NCBI RefSeq assembly: GCF_006345805.1
Contig: NC_042998.1
Coordinates: 175,088,001 to 175,152,000, forward strand
Length of the DNA stretch: 64,000 nt
Direction of reading: 5' to 3'
Source of the DNA: Octopus sinensis
Taxonomy: Eukaryota
The notes under the pieces are model-generated. The model made no database searches and was not told the origin of the DNA. It saw only the letters and a program-made list of their open reading frames with translations. A program made the translations under genes and the position numbers. Each line of letters begins with the position of its first letter. Position 1 is the first letter of the stretch. This document shows positions 23,317 through 37,500 of this stretch, piece after piece.

Positions 23317-26300
23317 TTAAACTTAGGTGAAATAGAATTAGTTACTACAGTCTTTTACTTAGTAATGTGACCTTAGAGAAAATCATATTTATCACTATTT
23401 CACTTGCCTTTATCCATGTCTGAATATGAAAATGTTCAAGAATGATATTTCTACTGTATTGTTTGGTGTATTACTCCAGGAATCTATAAATTTGAAGTTA
23501 AAGAAAATGACTTTTAAATTCATAAGTTGGTTGTGTTCTTTTAACTGATCACGTTATTCAGTTGCAAACAGTATGTTTTTGTTGGTAAATGTAAATAAAC
23601 TTAATGTAAACTCTAACATTTTGTATATTTACAAATCGTTTCAACTTTAGAGGATGATGAGCCAACAAAAAAACTTCTAAGTAGTTACTCGACTTACTAG
23701 AAGTGACAGCCAGTTTTTACCTTGAATCACACTCTGGCTGTTTGTCTTAATTAAGAAGGGATACATTATATAATATAGTCCTACATACACAAAATCATGG
23801 CTGGAATGCTTTTAATCATAGGTCAGCTCAGAGTTGACTTGGGGCTAAACAGGTATCTGCGTCCCGTTTGAAATAGTAAGCAAATTACCTTTAAATCAAA
23901 CTCTACAATGTTACTACTACAAGACACATGAACAGTGTAGTCCTAGATACACTGTAATTGAAAAAAGAAAAGGGATGGCAATCACTGTTGCTATACAACA
24001 CTAACTACCACCTCTAGAAAGCATTTAAATCACACAACAGGCAGTCTAGCTCTTGTTTCCTTCATTGGCTTCTCACATTTCTATGTTTTATCTGATTATG
24101 TTTCTGACTGTGAAGAAAACTTATTTCTTTCTTTCATTGTTTGACTAAGGTCAATATGTGAATAAGTTCATGATAACTTTGTATTTTCAGTTGCTTTTTC
24201 CCCAAATTTATTAAATTAGAGAACTAAGATAATTTTTCCTTTAGTTGATACCATTCTTTTTTATATGTCTTTAAGTGTAAATTGAATTGGTTTTCTCTTC
24301 TTTTATTTCTGCTTCTTTTTTGACTGCTACTTTCCCTGGATCTATTTGCCTGATATTCTATTGTTTTTTCCTTGCACAACTTTTAAATGTAGTGTAGGAT
24401 AATTAAGATTCCAAATATTTACAATTATCCTTTGTAAATATTTTTGTGGAAATGAAAGTACTAAAATAAGTACTAGCATCCTTATGGTCATGAATTCACA
24501 TCACACTTCCGACATTTTGTCGTACCCTTGAGAAAGATGTACAATTTACTTTAGTCAGCTAAATATAAACTCAAGAATTCAAAATGTTTATCGGTGGTGA
24601 TCCATATTTGTAAGTGTCAATTCAGTAAAAATATCAAAATATTGAGGTGTGTATACTACAAAGAAAGAATATTGATATTTAAGGAAGGGCTCTGCACACG
24701 AGGTATTTCTTTTCTTTGTAACATGCTAACATACTGCAGTTTTCGATACTTACTGAATGACTAACAAACAGGTTCCAGTCGTGGAGAAACCAACTGTAAA
24801 ATCAATTGCTCGTACAGTATTGAAATTTGTCAAAATTTTTAGAACTGCTTGCATGCAAATAGGTACATTATAAATAAATGTTTTCCCCCACTATATCCAC
24901 ATAAGCAGTGAAAGAAAAAATGCAAAGCTATGGCATCATTTCATAGAGTTATGTATGAATGTATATCTAATACACATGCATAATGCATACACATACACAC
25001 ATAAATATCAATTTACTCCTGCTTTTCTATGCTGGTATGGATTGGATGAGTTGCTACAGTTTGAGTTAGATCTCCTGAGTTACTGCTCTCTTACATGAAT
25101 TGGGGGTCACACACTGCTTGTACTTTAGAATTTTTGGCATAGCTTTTATGGCTAGTTGCCCTTTCAATTGCCAGTCACTTTACAGTATTTACTGGATGCG
25201 TTTTATTATGACATCAACACTGTTAGAATGATTATCTTGTCCCTGGATAAAAAAAGGTGTTCCTTATGTAGTGTCTCATTCATTCATTGGCACCAGAAAG
25301 GTTGCCTCAGGCTCATTTTTGTGTTACTTGACTGAGTGAGAAGAGAGCCAGAGTGACAGGATGATAGAAAAGAAATATTAACTTTACATGTGTTTGTTGG
25401 TAACAAGGACATCTGGCCTTAGAAAATCTGCCTCATCAAATTTCATCTGGCCCGTGCAAACATGGAAAAGCCGACATTCAAACTATGAGGATGATAATGA
25501 GGAAAACATAAGTACACACATAAGCATACTATGTATGTAATGCATTATGACCACCACTGTGTCAACAAACTACACATCGTCAGAGAAGGTATGTTTTCTT
25601 ATTACACACACACACACACACACACTTATATAGAAATATTTAATATAAAATATGTTAAAAACAATTGCAAACAGTGTTGAGACATATAAACCATTATATT
25701 ATTCACTTATTTTATTTTGTAATATTATTATATATTCCACCATATACACTAGAATAGAATATCAATGGCCAGCATGTTGTAAATGTACAATGAAAGGCAT
25801 TGATATGTATTATGTTGTAATAATACAGATAAAACCAAGCTTAATATAATAACATATGTGTTTTAAATCACTGTCATAATTCTACCATGATGTTTCTGTT
25901 TCAGCATACAATCTCAGATTAAATCTCTCACGAAAATAGTTAATACAAATCTGAAATATCTTTAGAATTTATCAAATAAAGATTTAACAGTATTATTTCT
26001 AACATTGGCACATGGCCATAAGTTTTGGAGAGTTGATTATATTGAGTGCATAACCAGTATTTGTTGTGTCGATCCCAAAAGGATGGAGAGCAATCATCCT
26101 TGGCAGGATTTTTGAACTTAAAAACACAAAGGAGGTTTCAAATTTTGGCAACTCAAAGCATAAAGACAGATGAAATGCCATTCAGCATTTAGCTTGGCAT
26201 GCTAATGATTCTGCGAGTTTGCCATCTTTGTGCAATTAAATATTGGTTTCAAATATTGTCAGCTCACTGCCCTCTTGGTAAAATTAAATATTGAAAATAA

Positions 26301-26539
26301 CTTCTTCCTCCACTCTCTTAATTCTCCCAAAATAATGGAAGTGGGAAATTGGTGGTCTTTAGAACTGGTAAAATTCTTCATACAGGCTTTTGGTTTATAT
26401 TTGTATAGTTTTTTTTCGTCTTTCTTTTGAGTTTATGGTGGTCTGAGTTTTTGTTGTAGATTTTTGTTGATTAAAGCACTGATAATTTTTGATTTTTTTT
26501 TTTCTACTTAGTTAATGGGGAGGAAGAAGAAGGACATGC

Positions 26540-27075
26540 TTATACTCTTTGCAGGTCCTCTCAGGTTAAGGACATTGATGTATTTGAACAGTTGCTTTTC
26601 TTCTTCTCCTCTTTCTCCTACTGCTGCTGCTGCCTGTTGTAGGTTGACATTGACTGTACTCATTTGACAATCATCTCTGGCAGACTTCATATGTGGGCTA
26701 CAAGGCCTGCTCTTCATCTCCAGTGGCAATGACATCTGCTGTGGGTGAAACTACTTGGTGCAACAGGGAAGTGACACCTCTCATTTGCTCTTTCATATTC
26801 TATCTGTTGTTCCTTCTCAATATCTGGAATTATGAACTTCAGCAACAGGTGCCATTCATTGCACTGCTGAGACTTCTCCTTCCAAGCATCTGGGGAGATG
26901 CCAGAGTTCTTCATGTGTCTCTTCAGCACGTCCTTGTATTGCAATCTCTGACCACCATAGTTCTGCTTGCACCTGACGTAGTTCAGCATAGAAACCTGCC
27001 TTTGGGAACCTGCTGCCCTCCATCCTGCAAATATGTCCTGCCCAATGAAACAACAGCAACTTCTATAACAGAAAT
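26540..27075 (-). mobile_element. RTE/BovB-like LINE 3' remnant
   Basis: FHWAGHICRMEGSRFPKAGFYAEL..GQRLQYKDVLKRHMKNSGI..AWKEKSQQCNEW; ends in a short tandem-repeat tail. Confidence 0.75.
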
Positions 27076-29039
27076 AACAGTAGTAATTGCTGTTGTTTAA
27101 AATGCATTTGTTGCACATAGTGACAACACAATTTATATAATGGCATTACACGTGAAAAAAATCACAATATATATTTGTGTGTGTGTGTGTGTGAGGGAGA
27201 TAGAGAAAGAGAGAGAGAGAGAGAGAGAATATGTGCTTGTGGGGTGGGAGTGGGGGGCACTCTAAATTATTTTCTGTGACTTTTACCAGTGACTTTTTAC
27301 TATGACTTGGCACCCCACCCCCACTCATGACTTTTTTCACTCTTGAATTCAATTTACGGGTACCTAAAATGCAGCAGGTCACACATGTATCCTGTTGTTA
27401 GCTTTGTGAATGGTCTGATTCAATGGTCTGATGAGAAAAAAAAATTACTGACAAACATGTAAAAAGTGTGAATTGTTCGAATTTAGCTGCCTGTAAGTTG
27501 ATCTATGTGCTTTTATAATAAATATTTTGGAAGAGTAGTAGTATATTTCATAGAATATTGAAAACATGAAAACTGAAGAGGTCGTTCTTATCAAATAATT
27601 GCAACCCACCATCAACATCAGTAAAATGCTGCATGGCTCTAACTTAAATTTGTTGCTACCGATTTGTACATGTTGTAACCCCTACTTTCCATTTCCCTAC
27701 TTGTGTAGATCAGAGATAATCTTAGACTCCATTTTCTCTAGATAACGTTTTTTTGAAGACAAAATATTGAAATTTGAAAAGTGAAATTGATTTTTCTATA
27801 TTTCACTTTTGCTTCCCTTTTTTCCAATTTGCATTATAGTAGCAGTCGCTGTCAAAAACGATATTGTTTCAAGAATAGTCCTTTTCCTTGTAGAAAAAGA
27901 GCTTTTTGTTCAAATCACTCATATCACTTTAGCATCATTGTGCTGCTTCAGTTGATTTTCATTTAATTCAGCTTCAAGGATTGATTTGTCTCAACACCAC
28001 AAAACTAAAATTATCAGTCCTTATGAGCTCTTTTTTGATTTTGGAATTTGAAGACTGTATAAAAGCAATATAAATTCATATACATACAACTTACATCTAG
28101 ATCACCTTCATCACAATATAGTGCGCAATAAATAAAGAACAATGCATTTAAAACATTATTTGTATTTGTATACTTGGAATAGTTATTGCGGTTAGACACA
28201 TACATATATACTCTAGAAGGCCATTCAGTTGCTTATGTTTCACTCACCATGTTGCAATCAACAATTCACAGATGCACAGCTTCATCTGTTTCTTGCATTG
28301 GTATTACAGTGGCCTCTCTAGCTGCATACTCTCGTCACCAAGGCTCCCCACCTGTCTCACCTCCCAGGCCCTGCACTAAACATTCCTCCCAATGCTTTTT
28401 ACTCAGAATGGCAACCCTCTCGAATCCCTTTCCATACATGCACTTCTTATAAACACTAACTTGCAACTGTTCTAATATATTGGTCTCCTTAACTGTCCAA
28501 GCCTATCATTGACTATAGTCAGTTGAGGCTACATAGAGCAGCCAGAAATGGAAGCTGTCAATTATTATTAATAATGATTAGAGTATGCACATTCTTGTAT
28601 ACTGAAGTCCTTTTGAAACCTTAAAGTATAGTATAGCTAACCCTGTTTAACACAGGGGTTTCGTTCCACAAAAACAAAGATATATGAATCATTATCACAC
28701 ACTTTGTAAATGGAATGAATGGTAGATTTATTAACACTTAATTTGTGCTCCACAGCTGTGAAGCACCTACTGTCATCATCATCATTTAATGTCCGTTTTC
28801 CATGCTAGCACGAGTTGGACGGTTTGACCGGGGTCTGGGAAGCCAGGAGGCTGCACCAGGCTCCAATCTGATCTGGCAGTGTTTCTACAGCTGGATGCCC
28901 TTCCTAATGCCAACCACTCCGTGAGTGTAGTGGGTGCTTTTTACGTGCCACTGGCACAGGTGCCAGGGAGTCTGGCAGTGGCCACGATCGGTTGGTGCTT
29001 TTTACGTGCCACCGGCACAGAAGCCAGTCAAGGCGGCGA

Positions 29040-29480
29040 AGAATAATTCTGTAGGTGAAATCTCCATTCTCTCTTCTCATTAATAAAAAGGGCCAGTGCC
29101 AAAAATTCTATTTTTCTTTGCTGATGGATGCTGTTCGTCAATTTGAGGTAGACAGTTGTTATTTCTAGCAGCAAGAGATGGTCGCTGGAGGCTCCAGTTT
29201 TGGTTCGTCTGAGAATCTGCATCATTCGTGTTCACCTGTGAATGATGGGATCGAAAGAGAAATGCTGCAAACATCAATCTTGGATTCGTTTCTTGGAGAG
29301 AAAATACTTTGGAAGCGACAGTGATATTTCTACTGGATGTAATTTGTGTGCTGTGTTCTGACTGTGTCATGTATTTTCTTAATCATCTCTACCTTTACCT
29401 TTAGAGAATACATTTGCCTTTGTAGGTTATTAGGATCAAATACCTTTGTATTTTTTCTTTTCACTGGTCTTGTGTTGATA
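29040..29480 (-). mobile_element. Decayed I/Nimb-like LINE post-RT fragment
   Basis: ILRRTKTGASSDHLLLL..TTVY.KL.. resembles the 'LL.LY..LVR.KLDY' region after the RT of I-group LINEs; frameshifted. Confidence 0.35.
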
Positions 29481-29499
29481 AGTATGTGGTAAATCATCG

Positions 29500-30030
29500 T
29501 CATTTAGATCACCAACAATTTGCAACCATGGGTGCCATATTACAACAGTTTCGTCATCCTGCATCTAATGGTGGAGTGCTTCCAGTTGAAAGCCGCGTTT
29601 TGTGCCTATCCTGATACTCAACATTGGAACGAGTACCTCCCCATAGTACTCCTCTGTATCCTGACTTCATTTAAGGAGAACCCTGGATTTTCCCCAGCTG
29701 AGCTGTTGTCTGGTGCTCCTTTGTCTTTGCCAGGGCAGATGCTTACCCCAGTCGATCTTTCTACTCAGGATCCTGTACTTTACATGAACTGCCTTTGTAC
29801 TTTCAAGTCCTACTACCCATGAGTAGTCAGCACCAAGCCATTAAACCTTCAGTCTTGGGGGACATTGCCTTGTGGACCCATGTGTTTGTCAGAAATGATG
29901 CAGTGAGAAGTCCTCTGACTCCACTTACTCTGAACCTTATTGCGTGTATGCACACTCAGACAAACCTGTTACAATAGAATTTAATGGTTCTAGAGACACT
30001 GTCTATGTGGATAAAATTTAGAGGGCCTAC
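29500..30030 (+). mobile_element. Ty3/gypsy integrase C-terminal fragment
   Basis: HPASNG..QLKAA..HWNEYLPIVLLCILTSFKE..SPAELLSGAPLSLPGQ..THVFVRNDAVRSPL matches the gypsy IN consensus (HPxSNGxVERxHRQLK..LPxVLLG.RT..AELVYG..LRLPG). Confidence 0.8.
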
Positions 30031-30264
30031 CCAGATACTAATACTCAGGAGCCACATACCCCCCCCCACACACACACACTGCTTCACACACATATACACT
30101 CCCTACACACACTGCCCCACAAACATATCAGCTACCACTCTGCTTCAAAATGAGTGGTACATTCTTGTTCTTAGCTTACAATGGCTTCCATATAACCTTC
30201 TGTGTACGAAGTAAGTCATGAGATTTTTCCTGTCTTGCATACACGTATATTTGGTTCACATACT

Positions 30265-30683
30265 CTTTACTCTCTTTTACTCTTTTACTTGTTTCAGTCA
30301 TTTGACTGCGGCCATGCTGGAGCACCGCCTTTAGTCGAGCAAATCGACCCCGGGACTTATTCTTTGTAAGCCCAGTACTTATTCTATCGGTATCTTTTGC
30401 CGAACTGCTAAGTGACGGGGACGTAAACACACCAGCATCGTTTGTCAAGCAATGCTAAGGGGACAAACACAGACACACAAACATATACACACATGCTTAT
30501 ATATATATATACATATATACGACAGGCTTCTTTCAGTTTCCGTCTACCAAATCCACTCACAAGGCATTGGTCGGCCCGGGGCTATAGCAGAAGACACTTG
30601 CCCAAGATGCCACGCAGTGGGACTGAACCCGGAACCATGTGGTTGGTAAGTAAGCTACTTACCACACAGCCACTCCTGCGCCT
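30265..30683 (-). mobile_element. tRNA-derived SINE, family 2 (internal CA/TA microsatellite)
   Basis: Minus head aggcgcaggagtggctgtgtggtaag..ggttccgggttcagtccc has Pol III A/B-box-like motifs; near-identical copies at 43808 and 57915. Confidence 0.8.
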
Positions 30684-33207
30684 ACACATGCAGGTTAAAC
30701 ATAGTTACTACTTGCCCAGCACTTGTTTTATTTAAATACAGTTTACAATGTTTCATTGTAAATGAACTGCCTTCTGAATATTTTTTATTTATGTTTATTA
30801 AAAAGGACATTGAAATAGATTCTCTCATGGATACTCATCATACATTAAATCATAGAACACTCACTCTAAATTAGTAACTATACACACTACGTTACAACTG
30901 AACCCACTTTATACTGGTGATGACCACTATTACTTTAGTGACATGCTATATGTCCATTTGTTCATGGGCTGGACGATCTGAGCAGAGCTGGTAAGCTGAG
31001 GGTCTGCACCAGACTCCAGTCTGATTTGGCATGGTTTCTATAGCTGTATACCCTTGTTAATGCCAACTACTCTGAGAGTGTAATGGGTATTTTTATGTGC
31101 AACCGACATGGATGGATCTCAAGCACAGCATATTGCCAAAGGTCTTGCAGTGATTAAATATACATTAAAAAATACACGATCTTGCAGCAGTCATGTAATC
31201 ACAATAACCAGTGCATTCTGGGTATCCCAGTGTTGTGAGTGGTTGCTGGAGCACATTTTTGCAGTACAAGCAGAATTTTCAACTGATCATCAACCTGTGA
31301 TATCACAGTAGAATCTGTGATATGTGTAACATAGTTCATAATTGAGTATATTGTGTTATCTAGGATCAATGATGAATAATTTTCATATAAATGTGTTTAC
31401 TTCCTAAGAGGACTAGCTTTTGAGCGATACTTGGAAGGTTTACCAAGGAGTCCACTTTTATATTTCATTTCTTTTCAAATTGTTCTTAAGAACCAATAAC
31501 TATAACAACTGTTCTTGTATCTCCTTCAGGCTTTTGTATTTGGAGAGTTGTCCAACAATTTTCACTTACATATTTTTGTCAATAACATTAGTGTTGAACT
31601 TTTAATCTTTACTGTCAATGTCAGACTGGTTTTACATGCATGCATGTATCGTACATATGTATATCCTACAGAACAACTATGCTGCTATCACTTAATATTT
31701 GTAGACTTCTGTAGTCATAGGCATGGTTGTGTGGTCAAGAAGCTCACTTTGTAACCAAGTGGTTTCAGGTTCAGCCCAACTGCACAACTGTTTGGGCTAG
31801 TGTCTGCTTCTATAGACCTGGGCTGACCAATGCCTTGTAAGTGAATTTGGCAGATGGAAACTGTGTGGAAACCCATCATGTGTATGTGTGTATTTTTGTA
31901 ATTGTGTCTTTCTGTCTCCCCCATTAATCACAACCAGTGTTGCTTTGTTTACATCCTTGTAACTCAGTAGTTGAGCAAAAGAGACTAATAGAATAAGTAT
32001 CTGACTTAAGAATAAGTCCTGGGGTTCATTTGTTCAATCAAAACCCTTCAAGGCAGTATCCCAGTATGACCACAATCCAATGACTGAATCAAGTAAAAAA
32101 ACAAAAGACATTCAAAGCTACTTTGTCATAGTGTTTGTTTAACTCTTTAGAGACATAAACATTGAAACTGTGACCTTCCCAGCCTTCCTCCATGCTAGAC
32201 TTTGTGTATCCAATTCTGCATAAGTCATATGTTTTTACTTCTTTTAAGATTGATGAATGGAAATTCAAAGGAAATTTGCCACTATTCTGTTTCTAGTCAA
32301 ATAACTATTTAGATCAAGGGTGAGGAATCCCTTGACCACATTTCCAATATAAAACCACTTGCTGACAAACCCTATAAAATCCAGTATGACAGGAATAGTT
32401 TAAATCTTAAGACCAAATCAGTAATTTTAATATGTCACATAGTTATGAATTTGTAAAATTTTAAATTCACTATTTTCATCTTTATAGATAGATACACGAT
32501 ATCCCCCACACACATACACAAATTGTTATGCATCTGTAGCTCATCATTGGTACTAAAAAAAAAAGGTCTCCATAGCACCCAGCTAAGACATAATTTTCTC
32601 AAAATTACTACACGTTTGGTGTCCTGTCATGCCAAATAATTTTGATGGTAACCAGTTTGGGAGACATTATAATTGAGCTGCAATTATGAAATCACCCTCT
32701 CTCTTGTCTGATGTAAACTTTGGAAGTAGATACAGCTCTGATCTTTGCTAAAGTTCTTCTGATTTATGTCTTTGGAATTGTTCACAGAAGACTTTTAATT
32801 GCCATTTTGCATTATCCTCTAATTGAATTTTTTTCTCTTCTGATTTAATATTTTTGCTTTCTCATATTAAATTCTTCTGTGTAGGAAGTTTGTGTGTGCA
32901 TGCTTTCCTATTGTTATGATATATTTTTGTATTCCTTATGTATAGTAATAGTTAATACTAGCGTTGTTGAAATGGCACAAATAGTAGTGCTAGGATTTAT
33001 ACTTACCTTTGTTTTATTTTACTACTTCATGTTTCTGTACTCAGATACTGTCCTAGTCAACCTTCATCTCACTTTCATTACTGATTCATAAATTTGATGT
33101 ATTTGGAAACTTCCTGATTCTGTGTTCAAATTTTGCCAAGTTTTGTATGGTTTTGGAACTTAACAACTATTAAGTACACCCAAGGATAGTTACTATATTT
33201 TCTTATT

Positions 33208-33589
33208 GGATGGAAGCACTCCGTCGGTTACGACGATGAGGGTTCTGGTTGATCCGAATCAACGGAACAGCCTGCTCGTGAAATTAACGTGTAAGAGGCT
33301 GAGCACTCCACAGACACGTGCACCCTTAACGTAGTTCTCGGGGATATTCAGCGTGACACAGAGAGTGACAAGGCCGGCCCCTTGAAATACAGGTACAACA
33401 GAAACAGGAAGTAAGAGTGAGGGAAAGTTGTGGTGAAAGAGTACAGCAGGGATCACCACCATCCCCTGCCGGAGCCTCGTGGAGCTTTTAGGTGTTTTCG
33501 CTCAATAAACACTCACAACGCCCGGTCTGGGAATCGAAACCGCGATCCTATGACTGCGAGTCCGCTGCCCTAACCACTGGGCCATTGCC
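33208..33589 (-). mobile_element. tRNA-derived SINE, family 3, young copy
   Basis: tRNA-like head (TGGCCCAGTGG, GGTTTCGATTCC); CpG-rich; 12-bp TSD TATTTTCTTATT at 33196-33207 and 33590-33601. Confidence 0.85.
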
Positions 33590-34341
33590 TATTTTCTTAT
33601 TATATAGATCCTTGAAGATGGAATGAAAAATAGCAGTGACAATATAATACTGACTTAGGGGTATATCTGCATCAATTCAATAATTGATCAAGAATCTAAT
33701 ATTAGATGAGAGCAATGATAATTAAAAAGATTGCGATGCTGTTGATGGTTATTTTGTGTGCTAGTGATGATAATGATTATTGTTGTTATTGTTTAACTTC
33801 AGGATAACTCTCATTGAACAGACCTAGGATTAAAGACGTTTCTGTCATGACCATCCAGTTTTAGTTTTCAAATATATATCTAGACTATATTATGCATTCT
33901 GTCTTGTTTTTTTCTTCTTTTTTTTTTTAAAGACAAGGATGGTTTGGCTGCTATTTCTAGTATATTAAATGATCATGTAGAGACTCATTTGTTGAGTTAT
34001 CTCTGATGGTCATGGCGAGTTGTGGGGGTGATTTAATGATGATGATAATGGTGATACTGTTGATGATAGTAATGATGGCTGTGATGAAGATACCAGCAAT
34101 AAAGTTGGTTGCATTGATGATAACGATTGTCAGCTTGTTGTTTAGTCTTATATCAGTTTTGATTGATCTGACTTATAGTCACAGACATTCTGGTCATTAC
34201 TATCTTGCTATTTTGTATACTAGGGAAAACATTGTCTATTGTACCTTTCCATTTTTTTAGGATAACAGGGTGTGATTTGAAGGAGGTATACCTGCTATTT
34301 CTAACTGATTAAACCACCATATGGTTGTGGTAGGGGTTAAG

Positions 34342-34575
34342 GGCGGTGAGCTGGCAGAAACGTTAGCACACTGGTCAAAATGCTTAGCGGTATTTCGTCT
34401 GCCATTACGTTCTGAGTTCAAATTCCGCCGAGGTCGACTTTGCCTTTCATCCTTTCGGGGTCGATAAATTAAGTACCAGTTACACACTGGAGTCGATATA
34501 ATCGACTTAATACCTATGTCTATCCTTGTTTGTCTCCTCTATGTTTAGCCCCTTGTGGGTAATAATGAAATAGGT
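34342..34575 (+). mobile_element. tRNA-derived CORE-like SINE, family 1, young copy
   Basis: ggcggtgagctggcagaaacgttagc..gagttcaaattccgccgaggtcgactttgcctttcatcctttcggggtcgataaa; highly similar to the 41743 and 53328 copies. Confidence 0.85.
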
Positions 34576-37500
34576 AGTATTGGTAATAGTAGCTGTTAAG
34601 ATGATGATGTTTATGACATTGATGATGATGATGCTAATAATAATACAAACAAGGCAATCCCTTATGATAACATCTGTATATATCATTAGAAAGATATCAG
34701 CTTTCAGACAATATCTTGTTGCTTTGTGTTCAATAAGATTTTTGTTGAGTCAAACAAACACTTGCTGTAATTTAGTTAGTCATCATTCAAATTCCACACT
34801 ACCACCACCACCATCACTGCCATTACCACCACCACCACCACCATCACTGCCACCATCACTGCCACCATCCCCATCTATACTGAACTGTCAATTGGTCAGA
34901 GGACCATTTGAGGCTTTATGCTTTTATGAAAAGACAGAATGTTAAAACTAAATGAATTATCTTGTTTTTACAGCTGCAAGGTAGAGAAGGTTTACTAGTG
35001 CTGGAATATGGTGGTTCAGAAGGTGAGAAGGTGGGGAAGGGCACTCTAGGAATATGTATAAGCATGTGCACGTGCACATCACTCCCTCTCTCTCTCTCAT
35101 TTATTTGTATAAACACACACACACACACACACACACTTGTTTGTGCTTTATGTCCCTTCTTAGAAAAGAAATGTTATATTATGATGATGGTAGAACACCC
35201 ATTTCAGGACACCACCAAGGGCCAACTGTACTATGGTGTTTATCCCATTATACTATTTCATCTGTTTATTTTTGTTCGGGAAGTATTGAACTTCAAGATT
35301 GTTTTACTTATGTGGTGTCTGTTGGCTCACATTTGTTGATGTGGCAGTTGAGTTCTTCAAAAGAAGGATGAGCAGAAAATATTACATTTATTACTTGGTG
35401 GGAGAATATTTCAGTTTCATGTCTGAGAAGTTACAGTTACTGTTATTGATGTTTAGCCCTAAGCTGGCTCTGACCAAACAGATCTATGATCAAAAAGCAT
35501 TCCGTCTATGATCATTCCATCATCCTTACTAGCTCAGGAATAGTGTACTTCTGACTGTACTATCCAACAGGGGGAGACAATCACTGCTGCTACTGTTCTC
35601 ATTCACCTTCCCCAGTATCTGTTGTCTTTTCTACTTTTACTTGTTTCAGTCATTAGACTCTGGCCATACTGGGGCACTGCCTTGAAGAGTTTTAGTCAAA
35701 CAAATCAATCCCAGTACCTGGTATATATTTTTTATACCTGGTACTTATTCCATCAGTCTCTGTTGCCAAACCACTAAGTTAGAGGGACGTGAACACACCA
35801 ACACTAGTTGTCAAGTGGTGGTTGGAGACAGACATACACAAAGACACACACACAACAGAACAAAACACACATACACACACTCACAAGGCTTTGGTCAGGT
35901 TTCAAACTAACACAGTCGATATCACACCAAACAAAATACTTAGTGGCATTTCAACCCATCTTTATATTCTGAGTTCAAACTCTGCCAAGGTTGACTTTAC
36001 CTTTCATCCTTTCAGGGTTGATAAAATAAGCACCAGTTGAGCACTGGGGTTGATGTAATCTACTTCCTTGCTACCCAAAATTTGCTGGCTTTATGCCAAA
36101 ATTTGAAACCATTATTATTGTTATCATCAAGGGTGTTAAATTGGTAAGCTCACTAGTGCATTGGTAAAGTACTCTGCAGTATTTCTTCACACTTTTTACA
36201 TTTTGAATTCAAATCCTGCAGAGGCTAACTTTGCTTTTCATTTCAATTCCAATCTTAATCTCTTGAATGGTTTATTTTGATATTGTTCATGATGCTTCAA
36301 TGACAAAAAGAATGACCTCCTCTTACGTTTCTCATAGCTAGCTGAAGTATCAGGTTAGTTAATTCATCTGTTGCTTTTAGAAATTGTGTTTTGATTTACT
36401 TAGGAAGGTTAAGAGAAAGGAAAGTTTTGTTTACATATGTGCATATTTAATACATGAGCAGTATTATTTATTATGAAATAGCCAATCTCTGGCACCGAAA
36501 AAAAAGAACAGATCTGAACAGAGCTATCAACTCACCAGTAGTTTGACAATGCTCCACAGTAACTATGCATATATGCACATAACCACAAACAAGCTCATTA
36601 GGCGTTAGGAAGGGCATCCAGCCGTAGAAACATTGCCAGATCAGACTGGGCCTGGTGCAGCCTTCTGGCTTCCCAGACCCCAGTTGAACCATCCAACCCA
36701 TGCTAGCATGGAAAGTGGACGCTAAACGATGATGATGATGAAACTCCCACATGTACATACATACACGCGTGTGTGCACCAACCCACCCACACATGTATGA
36801 TGTTGCTTCCTCTAGTTCAACCGTGACATAGTGACTTATAATCAATGTTCTTCCAGCCGTAACATTTTTTATACTTTTATATACTGAGAACTATTTTGTT
36901 CAGTGTAACCTTCCTTTTTGGTAGGGTGTGATATATGGGAATTTGACTGCTATTTCTCATAGGCTAAGTGATTGCATAGAAGCTTCATGTGTATGTGGTC
37001 AACTGTCACATCAAATTTGTTAAAAGAGAAGATTCTAACATTTTTAAAGAACTCTGTCAAATTGAACAATCTTACACTTACCCCATTCTCACACCACCCA
37101 AAAGAAAAAAAAAAGAGCAAAAAATAATGTTTAACTATTCCATATATATTTTCAAGTGTAAACAAACACAAAAGACAGATCAAATTCTTCAATCTATACG
37201 GGTGGTCTACTGATACTAAATATAACTTGTGAAGTTAAAGAACCTGACAACAGTACTTGTTCATACTCACTGCAATATAAGAATAGAGTGCAAAACATTT
37301 ATGGCACTGGTATTAAGTTTCTAATACCAACTGGAATTATTTCAGATGTTCACAGAAAAGAATTTTGAAGATCATACAAATAAAAGATTGTATATTGTTT
37401 ATATGAAATTTCTCTTGTTCTCAGAGGATGGGTAGGAGAAGCAGGTGTGGAAAGCTGACACAATATATATAACAAATGGTGATGCTGTAAATCCCAATAA

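Noticed and set aside
30442-30735. Recurrent ORF ..IRQASFSFRLPNPLTR..GTEPGTMW (also 44006 and 58108)
   Set aside because: Antisense reading of SINE family 2, not a gene family.
33520-33589. tRNA-like sequence with A and B boxes (also 38760-38831)
   Set aside because: It is the SINE head: it continues into a SINE body, is flanked by TSDs and lacks a proper acceptor stem.
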